Made by a program: the position numbers and the translations under genes. Below, in pieces: positions 50,436 to 64,000 of a stretch of 64,000 nt of DNA; within the stretch, counting starts at the first letter, position 1; every line of letters begins with the position of its first letter. Source of the stretch: the human T2T-CHM13v2.0 reference genome, Homo sapiens; NCBI RefSeq assembly GCF_009914755.1, contig NC_060930.1; one strand, 5' to 3'. Below the pieces are notes generated by a model that saw nothing but the letters and a program-made list of their open reading frames with translations, did not search any database and had not been told where the DNA came from.

Positions 50436-52994
50436 GAAGTCTGAAACTTCCCCAGACTCTTTCTAGCTAAATGTCTCTCCCATTCATTGTGTTGATGCTT
50501 CATCTGCTTTTAATTAAAAAAAATTATCTGAAGCTAGTAAACAAGAGAGACCACATAAAAGTCCTAAAGATGTTCAGAGAGCTTCTCTAAATTTCTCAGG
50601 TTATGATAAAACATTTCAATGATACTGACAATTTTCAGTTCATCAATGAAGTTCTACCAGCCACATAAACAATAAATAAAAATCATGCACTATTAGCTGT
50701 ATTCATGATTTTGCAGAAAACAAATGACTATAAACTATTCTTAGACTATTTTTATTGTGGGATAATAAAAAAGCATATACTTCTTTACAAATGTTAGTTC
50801 ACATATAAAATGATCTATTGTGTTTTCTCCAATTTGACAAAACTAAACATGTTAGTTGTATAAAAGGCAAGGAGCCAAAACATCAGAGAGCAAATAGGAG
50901 GAGAAAATGAATTTTCGCGGCACATTGTGTAAAAGTTTGTGGAAGACTTTTATTCACTGCTATTAATCCTTCACTTTGATGGGAAATGTATTCAATCATT
51001 ATTCCCTTTTAAGAAAAAGCTCTTTTCCTTTTTTTATAAAGTAATTGAAATACTTTTTTTAGATTTAAATATCTGCTTTAAAGTGCTTAAAACAACTAAT
51101 ACATTCATTTGAATCCCTCTGTTGCTAAAGAGTTAGAAGGAAGAAAAATTGGCCTGACAAGAGTTAAGTAATTTATTTTCTCAGAATATTTGACAAACAA
51201 ACATGCAAGATAGGCACAAACATAGACTAGATCTTTAGTTTCTTGCCAGTATTTTTAACATGCTAATGTTTTAATAATATCATACATATGATTTCAGATA
51301 ATGTCTGTCATTGCTCAACATACTAAATGGAGCATCACAATTTCACTGAGACATACCAATGTGTTTTTTTTTTCCCTTTACTTTTTCCCACTACTTCCAT
51401 CCCAAAGAACTGCACAAGTGTACAGTCAGAAACAGATAGAGTCACATATTCAAGACAGGACTTAGCATGTTATCAACTCATTTTGTTATGATGCCATATC
51501 ATCTTACAGTTATTTTTCGGTAAGTGGACAGATATGTGCTCTTTCATCAATGGTTTCCTAAGAGCTCATCCAGACCTACAAACTAGTTTTCAAGCAAGGC
51601 ATAGTGGGAAAAACCAAGTAAACTGCAAATTGTGTTGTCATTCTTTTTGCTTTTGTTTTTAAACCATAAGAATCTGTTAAGTCCATGAAGTGTATCAATA
51701 ATAATTAAAATACAAGGTTTCAACTGGGAGTGAGTTATTTAGAGGAAATATAACAAAGAATGAAGAAGAGAAAAATAAAGTTTACTTAGACATAAAACCT
51801 TCCCTAATATTTGGAGCTAACCCTTAGAGCTAGGGTTAAAGTGAAGCCAATTTATCATGGATTTTACTTGAAAAATTTTAGTTGAATTTATAGACTGTGA
51901 GTAAAAAATATCCTGAAATATACAGACTATGTTTTAAACTAGTAACCTGCGATCTTTTAAGCCTGTTTTAAAAGAAAAAAAAATCGAAGGGATTCCAATA
52001 TGGTCTTGTCATTCAACCCCTAGGAGGTTCTAAGAGAAACTCTATCTGATCCTCAGAAGAAATCTGGATTACTTCTGGCCTCGGGAAGTCCTACCAAGTT
52101 TCTAGAAGGAGGTGCAGGTGAGATTTCTTACAGCCAATCCTCTTCCACTGCCTTATTCCTCATTCTGAGCTCTCTTTCATTTCAATTACTGTTAAGCATG
52201 TCCTTTCTTCTCTGGGTAATCGAGAGCAACCCAATTTTTTATTTATCCTTATATTCTCTACAGAACTGGCATCTGGTGAGACAGGGACACATTATGCTAC
52301 ATAGGCATTTTGGGTAATATAACTGGATGATACACTTTTCATTAATGTTTATTCTTGTATTTCTGCTGAAAATATTTCTGTTAAACTAGTTAAATCTTCT
52401 ATATTTCCATTCAGCAGAACATATAATAATGCTAGATGATTGCTGTGTCAAAAAAATATTTTGTTCTCTCACCTTATACTAATGACGGTAATAAATCTGA
52501 CCCTCCAGGATTTTCTTATTGCTTTTTTTTGCAGGCCTTGAGTATGGCAGAAAACATGATGTAGTGAAAAATACCTGGGGTTAGTCTAGACCCTGTCCTG
52601 TTACGATCCAGCTCTGAGTCCTTAAGTCCATCTACTGACATCTCAGAAAATGTTTGCTCATAAAGGAAAAATAATATTTCACATGGATGGATCTGTATTT
52701 CACAAGATAACATAACGTAGTTGAAAATGAGTAATAAGGCATAAAACTCTACAATATTATAATTGCAGCTCCACAGCTTTAGGAAAATTACTCCCTGCTC
52801 TGTATTCTCTTATCCATGAAATGTGAGCTGGTTGATCACGAAGGTACTTTTTAATGCCAGCTCTAAATTTGTACTTATTTATGCTTAAAATTTGATTGAC
52901 AACTAAATTGAAGGAATGAAAATAAAGCAAATGGTTGGTCATCACGGGCTTCAGCATGATCGAGGTCCCTTGAATGAAAGTGAAAGTTTAGACA

Positions 52995-53322
<328 letters not shown>

Positions 53323-53568
53323 CTACTCACTTCTTCCCATTCTTTCAATACACAGTGCATTTACCTTGATCCCTTTAGCAAAATGTTCTTGTTTTTGAGT
53401 ACTCAAAAACAATGCTTTTCACACTGGCTGAAAAACTATGACTCCTTATATTAAATCCAAACTGTTTTTCGAGATCTCTTCTTGTACTTCTCTTAGCCAA
53501 CAGGTCTTCTAATATTTTCCTTCTCTAAATGTCTTCCCACCTCTTTGGCCAGTTCTTTTCCATAAACA

Positions 53569-53669
53569 TTAAAATTAATATTTATTTATCCCACGAACCT
53601 TTTCTTATATTTCCCATATGCGTTAAAATTAATATTTATTTATCCCATGAACCTTTTCTTATATTTCCC
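53569..53669. repeat. 54-bp-period tandem duplication
   Basis: ttaaaattaatatttatttatccca(c/t)gaaccttttcttatatttccc at 53569 and 53623. Confidence 0.93.
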
Positions 53670-56600
53670 CAAAACAATGAGGCAACATGTGCTATTACTG
53701 AAGAAACAACAGTTCTACACTTAATGTTTTATTAGTCAAAAAGTCGATGTGTCATTTATTGATAGGTGGAAACTGATGACACAGGACACAGAAAGACAGA
53801 GAGAAAATGCCGTTAACCTTCATTCCTTCAAGAAAAAGTCAGGCCTGATCAGATAACCAAAGTATAAATCACTTGCTGTGGGAAAGAGGACAAAGTAGAA
53901 AAGGAAAAGGAGAGTAGAAAATGACATTTTTTAGAAGTCAGTTCGATTTAATAAATATGTGGGGTCAGAGTGTCTTAAGGTACATGTTATTGCTGATCCA
54001 CAAAACAAGAGTTTGGAAATCCTGGGGAGGATATAAGTACCTTTGGATTATTATAAGGTAGATGAAGTACTGAAATTTACAAAGGAAAGTTAGAACCCTA
54101 ACTGACCAGTTCTGTTTTATAAATTAATGTATATCCCCCATAATTAAGTTTGCTTTATAGGAAATTTATGCTCTTGCTGTAAAATCATTTGTAATAATTT
54201 CTTTCACAATATTTTCCTGCTTCTTGTAGCATCAAACATTTTGTGGGAGAGGAAGCATCGACAGCCTGTTTGTACAAATGTCCATTAAGGTGTTGGCACT
54301 GCAACTAACATACAAAGACTTACAAAGGATGACATTAGGAATAGAGATAGCTTCCTTCATGTGCAGCCTCAGACCCAAAGACAGTGAGCTCCCACTTCAG
54401 AATCTTGTACTTAAACTGTGCCAGGACATTGACACAAAAATTACCACAGGAAGAATAGCCATAGCCACTTTTTCCTTCATCTGTGCCTCCTTTCTTGGTT
54501 TTCATCATCCAGCAGCCATCATAGAACAATCATACTAATATTGCCCATTTGGCCCTACAAAATTTTTCCTTTAAGAGAAAATCAAATGAACAAGCTTAGC
54601 TATAGGCTAAGAGGTTACCTGTGTGGCTGTTAGTCCAGGTCAGCATACTCTTCCATGCAGCCAGCCAGATGGTCCTGTGGCACTTTTCCAATGACTCAAT
54701 TATCAGAAGCTGCATAAGGTATACTTGAGAATTTGCATCTTTCTCCTTCCATCATGGCTTATTCTACATGGAGTGTTGCAGGGGTTTTAATTTGAAATTG
54801 TCTGGCATGATGTCTATTAAGCAAGTCATAGCTTTTTATTATTCATTAGGTACCATAACTATACAAAATTAGGCATCCATTTTTAATGAAAGAATGTTTC
54901 GAAAGTGTAATAATAGGCTTAGAAAATGTGTATGTTTTAAATTCTTTAAAAAAAATAATGTTTTACATTTTTCTCCATTTAAAATATCTCCATCATTCCC
55001 CAAGTTGTAGCATGTAAGTCAGGTGGGATGAAAGACCCTTGAAGTGATGGCAGCACAAAACAAGTTTCTAGATAGCTGAAGGACACTTTGAATGGAATTA
55101 ATCTGTGGGAAATAAAAAACCTCAACAACTTCATTCCTTCATTTATGTTTACTTTACGCATATGCAATACTCAGTGGAAACATCCATATTCATTACCCAC
55201 CTACTTTATCAGAATGGTATCATTAACATTAAAGCTAAGTGTGCATTATATAAGCTTTAAGTCATGTGAGTATATTTCTTTAAACTTAAAACAGAGGTGT
55301 CTTGCACATGGGATATTATACTGAGAATCAAGGGTTTTGCTGTGTAGTCTGAAAGGATTTTTCTGGATGTCACTTCACTGTCTCAGTTTCTTGTTCAGTA
55401 AAATTACAGATCTACATTTAAAATCAACCGTTAATATGAGGAAGTATCTCTTTTGGTAAGACACAAGATACAACTTTCTTCTTCCCACAGTGTAAACACA
55501 GCCCTACAAGTCATTCAATAAACAGTGTAATTAGTAATTCCTTTTTTGAACTGAAGGGATAAATATAGTTCTCTTTTCTTACCATCATGATATGTTTTAA
55601 GAATAGGCAAACAAAAATAATCCCATAAAAAAGAAAAGAACAAAGTAGGTGAGGAGTATAAAATATTGTAATTTAAGTTAGTGGACCATAGCATTCTATA
55701 GGTTTAAAATATTCTGATTTAGGTTAGCGGGCGATAACATTCAACATTTGCATAAAATGCAAGGATTCAAATCATGATATTATGTTAAAACAGATCTTTT
55801 GATCAAAGATTTCAACTGTTAGATATAAAAATTTATAATTATATTTGTCTTTGAGACTTGAAGTCAGATTCCACATCTTTTAATTGGTGTTGGTGACTTT
55901 TTTTAAAGTTAGAGTTTTCTGTTTAAGAGTCTGTGTCCTCTAAAATCTGAGAAGCATGCGCAATGGTAGATGCTATGCTAGATAATGGAAATCAATTGCC
56001 GTGGTCTGCTTTAAGAAGTGTAATGGTTACTGTATGGCCTTATCCCTATCCTCACCAGTAGTATGAGTCAAACACAGGATAACCAGACATGCTTCATTTC
56101 CACTCTTGTTTTCTTTCTCTTAATTAAATATCTTTGAAAAGAAAAATGCAGAAATTTCATTCCTGCTGCAATGAGTATCCTATTATTTCAAAATGGACAA
56201 ATTGAGAAAGAAGAAAACTTCAAGGAAGAACAGTAGGAACAATTTTTAAAAATTTAAAGAGTAATGAGGTAGCAGTTAACACAGATCGAAATTCCGCCAA
56301 AAGTTTATTTGTAACATGGTATTTAAATTAAACCTTAGCTCGCCTTACTATTTTTAGATAAACAGTTTCAGTAAAACCTAAAAGCCTATCCTCGTAATCG
56401 ACACTGTCATCTTTAAACTTTACCACTTAACATAATTATAAAGGCATAACTCTAAAGTTCTCTATGATTGTCAAAGGATTCTCATTAGAAAAAGAAAAAA
56501 ATCTGAATATTGCAGAACCATATATTCACATAGACATTATTATATATAAAGCTAAGTATAGGGACCACTTAAATGTAAAAATGTAGAAATATACTCTTTT

Positions 56601-57233
56601 AAGGCTGTCTGTATAGACCCTTTTAATGTAGAAGCAATAATTTGAAAATAATTAATGCATTTTTATAAAGAAAATATTTTCAAATGTGACATTGCTAAGT
56701 ATCTCATGATTTAAAATTAACAAAACATATTTCAAATCTTTATTTTGTAACATTCAAACATATCTCAAATTTAACATGTCTCCTCATTTCCAAACTATAC
56801 ATTCCAGCTTTTCAGTTAAAAGCCTGAATGAAAACAGACTGCAAGTAAACAGCCATTCAAACCAATTGATGTACTCAAAAGGATCTCTGGGAATCACATT
56901 GTATAAAATATTTACATTAGTCAGCTGTTCACAGAATCTTAACTGCAATTTCCCTTTTTAATTTTTAATTTTACAATTTTGTGGTTTGTTGAGAGAAATG
57001 TAAACGAAAGCAAATTGAGAATATACTTTTTGTTTTCTCTTTGCAATGTTCATTTGGTGTTTATCATCTTCTCTGCAAGTTCTGACTAGATAAGAATGTT
57101 GCTACTCTTTCATTTGGAATCCTTTCTACTTGTAGATAGTGCAAGCCTCAGAGTTATTTAGGCAATATTTTTATGCCCAGGAGACCCTAAACATGGAGAA
57201 AATACAAGAAACAGAACTTATGGACCAAACTGA

Positions 57234-57551
<318 letters not shown>

Positions 57552-60500
57552 TGAGGATTTTTTTTAAAGAATTTGAAAAAGCTAAGGGACTAGGCTGACC
57601 TACAATGTCTTAAAATTAGAAATATAAAATTTGATGTATTTCAGGGCTGAAGAAGAAATGCACTTCAATATGTGTTTGCTGGGTCACATAGATTATTGGA
57701 AATCTGTTGATTGCATGTATGAACACAAAAGTTAAAGTCCCAAGGAACTATATTTTCGTTATACATTACTGAATTTCACAAGAGTGCTTTATGAGCAATT
57801 ATAGAGGACAAAAGACTTCTTCTACTTGAAAAGGTATCATAATGACTATGTATCAATATGATAAAGAGACAAAACAGTCTGTTAATTGCTCAGAGAAAAG
57901 ATAGAATGTGATATATAGAACTGCACTAACTAGCTAGCTTACTAACATCTTTCCAGTCTATAACTTTATCCTTCATTAGGCAGACTCCATAAACTTGTCT
58001 TTGCATTTCTACACAAGAAACTCTATTCTTATAAGCCGTAATCCTTTATTCTTTCTCTTCCTGGAAAGGGGATGAGTTGAGGGGAGAGAGTGAATGTACT
58101 TACATAGTGCTAACTAGCTCTTTTACTTTTGCTAAACACCGGTAGGTGTTTAGCATACATAAACAGGACACTATTATTAATGTATATTCTTTACTATTTG
58201 TCATTCTAATACCTCTATTGTCTAGATTAAATATAGAAAATACAAGTTAAATAAAGCTCATTACAGGTACTGTTTGTTGTTTATGATAAGAGACTTTAAA
58301 AATGTCCACTCCTTATTTTCCCAGAAGACAGTCAATGCTTTCAGAATCAAAGATGGAGTATAATAGCTATCAAATGATTAGATTACCTTTCCCATTAGAT
58401 GGCCAAGCCTTATTAATCTACATCAAACCATAGCTATCTATCTTCTCAATCACAAATGTCACATATTCTGGTTCTTTCTTTTATACACAGCCCTTTTCTA
58501 TAAAGTAGCCAAAAAGTTACAGTAGAACATTCATACTTTGGTAATAAACAACTTACCCCTCAACCTAAACTTTCAGCCACTGAAATCCCTAATGAGATGA
58601 TTCCACACAAATAAATCTTTCTGTCCTCTTCTCTTAAAATTGTATTCCACTAATCATGAAACTCTGTGGGGACTTTGTTGACAGAAAGATTTTTTAAATC
58701 ATAAAAAGAAAGAAATGATTAAAGGAAGAATAGCTTTGAGTCTAAAGCATCAATTTTTTTTTCAAAAGTAAAATTATCCTCCAATTATCACCATTTGTTT
58801 GACACATTATAATTTATTGTAATGTAGCAAGGCTGTTAAATAGCCAAAAATCAAAGCTACATACCAGTTACATGCTATAGATTATTTGCTTACAATAAAA
58901 ACATACAAGCAGCTTTTGGCTATATTAAGATGCAAGAAAATAATTTGTGTCATTGTTAAAAGTATTTCTCAGTTAAAATACTTACTATTATTGCCTGTAA
59001 CCACACTGCTGATTTTGTTTCTATTATAAATGCACACTCAATATGTTTTCAATAAGTTAGCAATTGGGGTTGGCTGGGCACATGGCATCGTACATACCAT
59101 TCTATCTCTGCAGCCAATCTCATATTTGAAATATTAATCTCTCATAAGAATGTCTTATTCCTGCTGTTGAGGTCTTCATTTTTTATTTATTCTTTTTAAT
59201 AACTTCATGAATAGTTCCATTTGCCCTTTGCTTAATATCTCCCTAACCTGATTTTCAACTTGCTTCTCTAATGCATTAATGGAATAACCATTTTTTTCCT
59301 ATTCCCTGTGACAAACAATAAAAACTATAGGAAAAAAATGAAAAGTTAGGAGATAAAAATTTTGAGTGGTCTACAATGACTCATACATTATCAAATATGC
59401 ATTCAAAAACATGCAAGTCTCCAGACAATACATGTATGTTTGAGGTACATATTTAGATGAAAGTTTTGCTTTAAGAATTTAAATATTAATGGAAAGGAAA
59501 AAAATTAATAACGCAGGTTTTCTTTCCTGGTACTTTTAGGCATGCATTCCTCTTGCCCTAGCATTGCTGAACTCTTAAACACAAGATTACATGCCCTTTC
59601 CTTATCACCTTCTCTGATCTCTGATGAAGTCATGTATGGATCCATCCAAGATTAGTAACTATACGTCTGTTCTTTTAACAGTGAATCAGGTTTTCAATCA
59701 ACGGACCTACGCTGTATTTGAAATGATCAGTAAGGCTGAATGAAGCTAACTATGCAACTACAAAAAGTAAGAGTTTTCTTTTCTTTTTTTAAAAAAAGTT
59801 CTCTGTATTGCTGTTGACTACCATAATAAAGTATTGAGATGGTTTAAAAATGAATGAAATGAGAAAATAAAATCTGATTTTCCACATGATCTCCTTTAAC
59901 CTTTAAACTATCGAGATGGAAGATTCAGTCTTGTCAACATAACTGCCTTTTAAATGGAACATTCTAATAAGAGACTATGTTTTTAGAAATAGTCTAAATT
60001 TCCTTCAGCCTCCAGATATTAACTTCAGATATTTATAAGTTAAAAATTGCAAAATATCATAAGAGACTTACAATGAAAAACATCAATGGGGTTGTTTGAA
60101 GAAATTTGGGTCCAGTAGATTTTAAAACAAAAATCGCTCTCAATCAGATTCCCACCCCCGCTCTAAATTAAATTCCCAGCAAAAGACAGGGAGGTTTTTT
60201 TTTTTTAATTAGTTTTTTGTTGTTTTGTTTGTTTTATTTGGTACTTATTTTAACATGAGCTTAGATGAATTCGTCTATAAAGGATTCTTTCACTGAGCAT
60301 AGTTTCATTGAATAAACATGTTAACTGACTTCAACCAAATATTTAACTTTATTTGGCTATGGATTCTACTTTTACTAAAATCTTTTTGCAAACAGGCAAT
60401 ACAAAATAATTTTTAATTAATTCATAGATAATGGATAAAAATTGTATGTGTATGTTTTGGAATATGTATATGTTTTGGCTAATATAACATAGTTTGATAC

Positions 60501-60584
60501 CATTTTTCTTTTATATTATACTCTGTTTTCATACATTGTAATGATTTTTGCTGCTATCTTTAATGTTAAGCAATTTTTTATGTT

Positions 60585-63500
60585 TTTAATTTTTTTATTT
60601 CAATACATTTTGGGGGAACAGGTGGTGTTTGGTTACATGAATAAGTTTTTTAGTGGTAATTTCTGAAATTTTGGTGCACCCATTACCTGAGCAGTATACA
60701 CTGACCCAACGTGTAGTCTATTATCCCTTGCCACCCCCAACCCTTTCCCCTGAGTCCCCAGAGTCCAATGTATCATTCTTATGCCTTTGCATACTCATAG
60801 CTTATCTCCTACATAGGAGTGAGAGCATACAATGTTTTGTTTTCCATTCCTGAGTTACTTCACTTAGAACAAGAGTCTCTAATTCCATCCAGGTTGCTGC
60901 AAATGCCATTATTTTGTTCCTTTTTATGGCTTAGTAGTATTCCATAGTGTGTATATATACCCTTGTTAATTGATAGGAACCTGGGCTGGTTCCATATTTT
61001 TGCAATTGCAAATTTTGCTGCTATAAACATGCATGTGCAAGTACCTTTTTAGTATAATAACTTCATTTCCTCTGGGTAGATACCTAGTAGTTGGATTGCT
61101 GGATCAAATGGTAGATCTACTTTTAGTTGTTGAAGGAATTTCCATGCTGTTTTCCATACTAGTTGTACTAATTTACATTCTCACCAACAGTGTAAAAGTG
61201 TTCCCTTTTCACCACATCCATGCCAACATCTATTATTTTTTGACTTTTTGATTATGTCCATTCTTGCAAGAGTGAGGTGGTATCTCATTGTCGTTTTGAT
61301 TTGCATTTCCCTGATAATTAGTGATGTTGAGCATTTTTTCATACGCTTATTGGCCATTTTTGTATCTTCTTTTGAAAATTGTCTATTCATGTCCTTAACC
61401 CACTCTTTGATTCAATTGTTTTTTTCTTGCTGAATTGTTTGAGTTATTTGTAGATCCTGAATATTAGTCATTTGTTGGATGTATAGATTGTGAAGATTTT
61501 CTTCCACTCTGTGTGTTGTCTGTTTACTCTGCTGATTGTTTCTTTTGCTATGCAGAAGCTTTTTAGTTTAATTAAGTCCCATCTATTTATCTTTGTTTTT
61601 GTTGCACTTGCTTTTGGGTTCTTGGTCATGAAGTCTTTGCCTAAGCCAACGTCTAGAAGGGTTTTCCAATGTTATTTTCTAGAATCTTTATGATTTCAGG
61701 TCTTAGATTAAGTCTTTGATCTATTTTGAGTTGATTTTTGTATAGGGTGAGAGATGAGGATCCAGTTTCATTCTTCTACATGTGGCTTACCAGTTATCCC
61801 AGCACCATTTGTTTACTAGGGTGTCCTTTCCCACTTTATGTTTTTGTTTGCTTTGTTGAAAATCAGTTGGCTGTAAGTGTTTGGCTTTATCTATGGGTTC
61901 TCTTTTCTGTTCCATAGGTCTATGTGCCTATTTTTACACCAGTACCATGCTGTTTTGGTGACCATGGCCTTATAGTATAGCTTGAAATCAGGTAATGTGA
62001 TGCCTCCAGATTTGTTCTTTTTGCTAAGTCTTGCTTTGGTTATACAGACTCTTTTTTTGGTTCCATATGAATTTCAGGATCATTTTTTTTTCCAGTTCTG
62101 TGAAGAATGATGGTGGTACTTTGATGGGAATTGCATTGAATTTGCAGATTGCTTTTGGCAGTATGTTCATTTTCACAATATTGATTGTATCCATGAGCAT
62201 GGGATGTGTTTCCATTTCTTCGTGTCATCTATGATTTCTTTCAGCAGTGTTTTGTAGTTTTCCTTGTAGAGGTCTTTCACATCCTTAGTTAGGTATATTC
62301 CTAAGTATCTTATTTTTTTGCAGCTATTTTGAAAGGAGTTGAGTCTTGATTTGATTCTTGGTTTGGTTGCTGTTGGTGTGTAGCAGGGCTCCTGATTTAT
62401 GTACATTAATTTTGTATCTTGAAACTGCAGAATTCATTTACCAGTTCCAGGAGCTTTTAGGATGAGTCTTTAGGGTTTTCTAGGTATACAGTCATATCAT
62501 GAACAAACAGGGACACTTTGACTTCCTCTTTGCTGATTTGGATGCCTTTTATTTATTTCTCTAATCTGATTGCTCTGGCTAGGACTTCCAGTACTATGTT
62601 GAATAGAAGTGATGAAAGTGGGCATCCTCATCTTGTTCCAGTTCTCAGGGGAAATGCTTTCAACTTTTTCCTGTTCAGTACAATGTTGCCTGTGGGTTTG
62701 TCATAGATGGCTTTTATTACCTTAAGGTATGTCTCCTCTATGCCAACTTTGCTGAGGGCTTTAATCATAAAGAGATGCTGGATTTTGTTGAATGCTTTTT
62801 CTGCATCTATTGAGATGATCATGTGATTTTTATTTTTAATTCTGTTAATGTGGTGTATCAGATTTATTGACTTATGTATGTTAAACATTCCCTGAATTCT
62901 TGGTATGAAACCCACTTGATCATCGTGGATTATCTTTTTGATATGCTGTTGGATTTAGTTCATTAGTGTTTTGGTGAGGATTTTTACACCTACATTCATC
63001 AGGGATATTGGTTTGCAGTTTTTTTGTTATGTCCTTTCTTGGTTTTGATGTTAGGGTGATACTGGCTTCATAGAGTGAATTAGGGAAGATTCTCTCTTTC
63101 TCTATCTTTTGGAATAGTGTCAATAGGATTGGTCCCAATTCTTCTTTGAATGTCTGATAGAATTCAGCTGTGAATCTGTCTGGTCTTGGACTTTTTTTTG
63201 GTTGGTGGTTTTTAAAATTACCATTTCAATCTTGTTGCTTGTTATTGGTCTGTTCAGAGATTCTGTATCTTCCTGATTTATTCTAGGAGGCTTGTATATT
63301 TTTAGGAATTTATCCATCTCCTCTAGATTTTCTAGTTTATGCCCATAAAGGTGTTTATAGTAGCCTTGAATAATCTTTTCTATTTCTGTAGTATCAGTTA
63401 TAATATCTCTTGTTTTGTTACTAATTGAGCTTATTTGGATCTTTTCTCTTTTTTCTTGGTTAATCTTGTTAATGGTCTATCAATTTTGTTTACCTTTTCA

Positions 63501-64000
63501 AAGAACCGACTTTTTGTTTCCTTTGCTTTTTGTATTTTTTTGTTTGTTTGTTTCAATTTCATTTAGTTCTGATCTGATCATCATTATTTCTTTTCTTCTG
63601 CTAGGTTTGGGCTTGGATTGTTTTTGTTTCTCCAGTACCATGAGGTGTGACCTTAGACTGTTTATTTGTGCTCTTTCAGACTTTTTGATGTAGACATTTA
63701 ATGCTATGAACTTTCCTGTTAGCACTGCTTTTGATGTATTGCAAGGGTTTTGATAGGTTGTGTCTCTATTATCATTCAGTTCAAAGAATTTTTAAATTTC
63801 CATCTTGATTTCATTATTCACCCAATGATCATTCGGGAACAGGTTATTTAATTTTCATATATTTGCATGCTTTGAGGATTCTTTTTGGAGCTGATTTCCA
63901 ATTTTATTCCACTGTGGTCTGAGAAAATACTTGATATAATTTCAATTTCCTTATATTTACTGAGACTTATATTTTGTGGCCTATCATTTGGTCTATCTTG
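60585..64000 (-). mobile_element. L1PB1-like LINE-1 (3' UTR plus decayed ORF2), continuing beyond the window
   Basis: 3' end tttcaata..ttggggaacaggtggtgtttggttacatgaataag. ORF2 fragments [68 protein letters not shown] and GKFIALN.YIKK.ER, broken by stops and frameshifts. Confidence 0.93.

Noticed and set aside
61033-63725. Reverse-transcriptase-like ORF fragments as a novel RT system
   Set aside because: Ordinary decayed LINE-1 ORF2 of an L1PB element.

Overview
AT-rich primate (most likely human) intergenic DNA. I find no intact protein-coding gene, RNA gene or CRISPR array, and no evidence of a novel biological system. The only gene-derived sequence is a decayed, intronless retrocopy of COPS5 (CSN5/JAB1) on the minus strand (~1807-3363). 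It has an early stop, four 1-bp frameshifts, a 99-nt microhomology-bounded deletion, a broken JAMM metal site, and an Alu inserted in its 5' UTR. The rest is transposon fossil record: nine dimeric Alus plus one monomer, several L1s (an L1PB running off the right edge, L1MC pieces, a 5'-inverted old L1, a ~150-bp L1PA3-like tail), L2/MIR fragments, MaLR/ERVL LTRs (THE1, MLT1, LTR16-like), a near full-length Tigger1, and MADE1/MER33/MER53/MER5 elements, plus microsatellites and small tandem or inverted duplications. Repeat subfamily names and comparisons with COPS5 and Tigger1 come from my recall of those sequences, not from a database search. Boundaries of old repeats are approximate. The findings are mostly mechanistic footprints (template switching, twin priming, nesting) and low-confidence candidate exons and enhancers.
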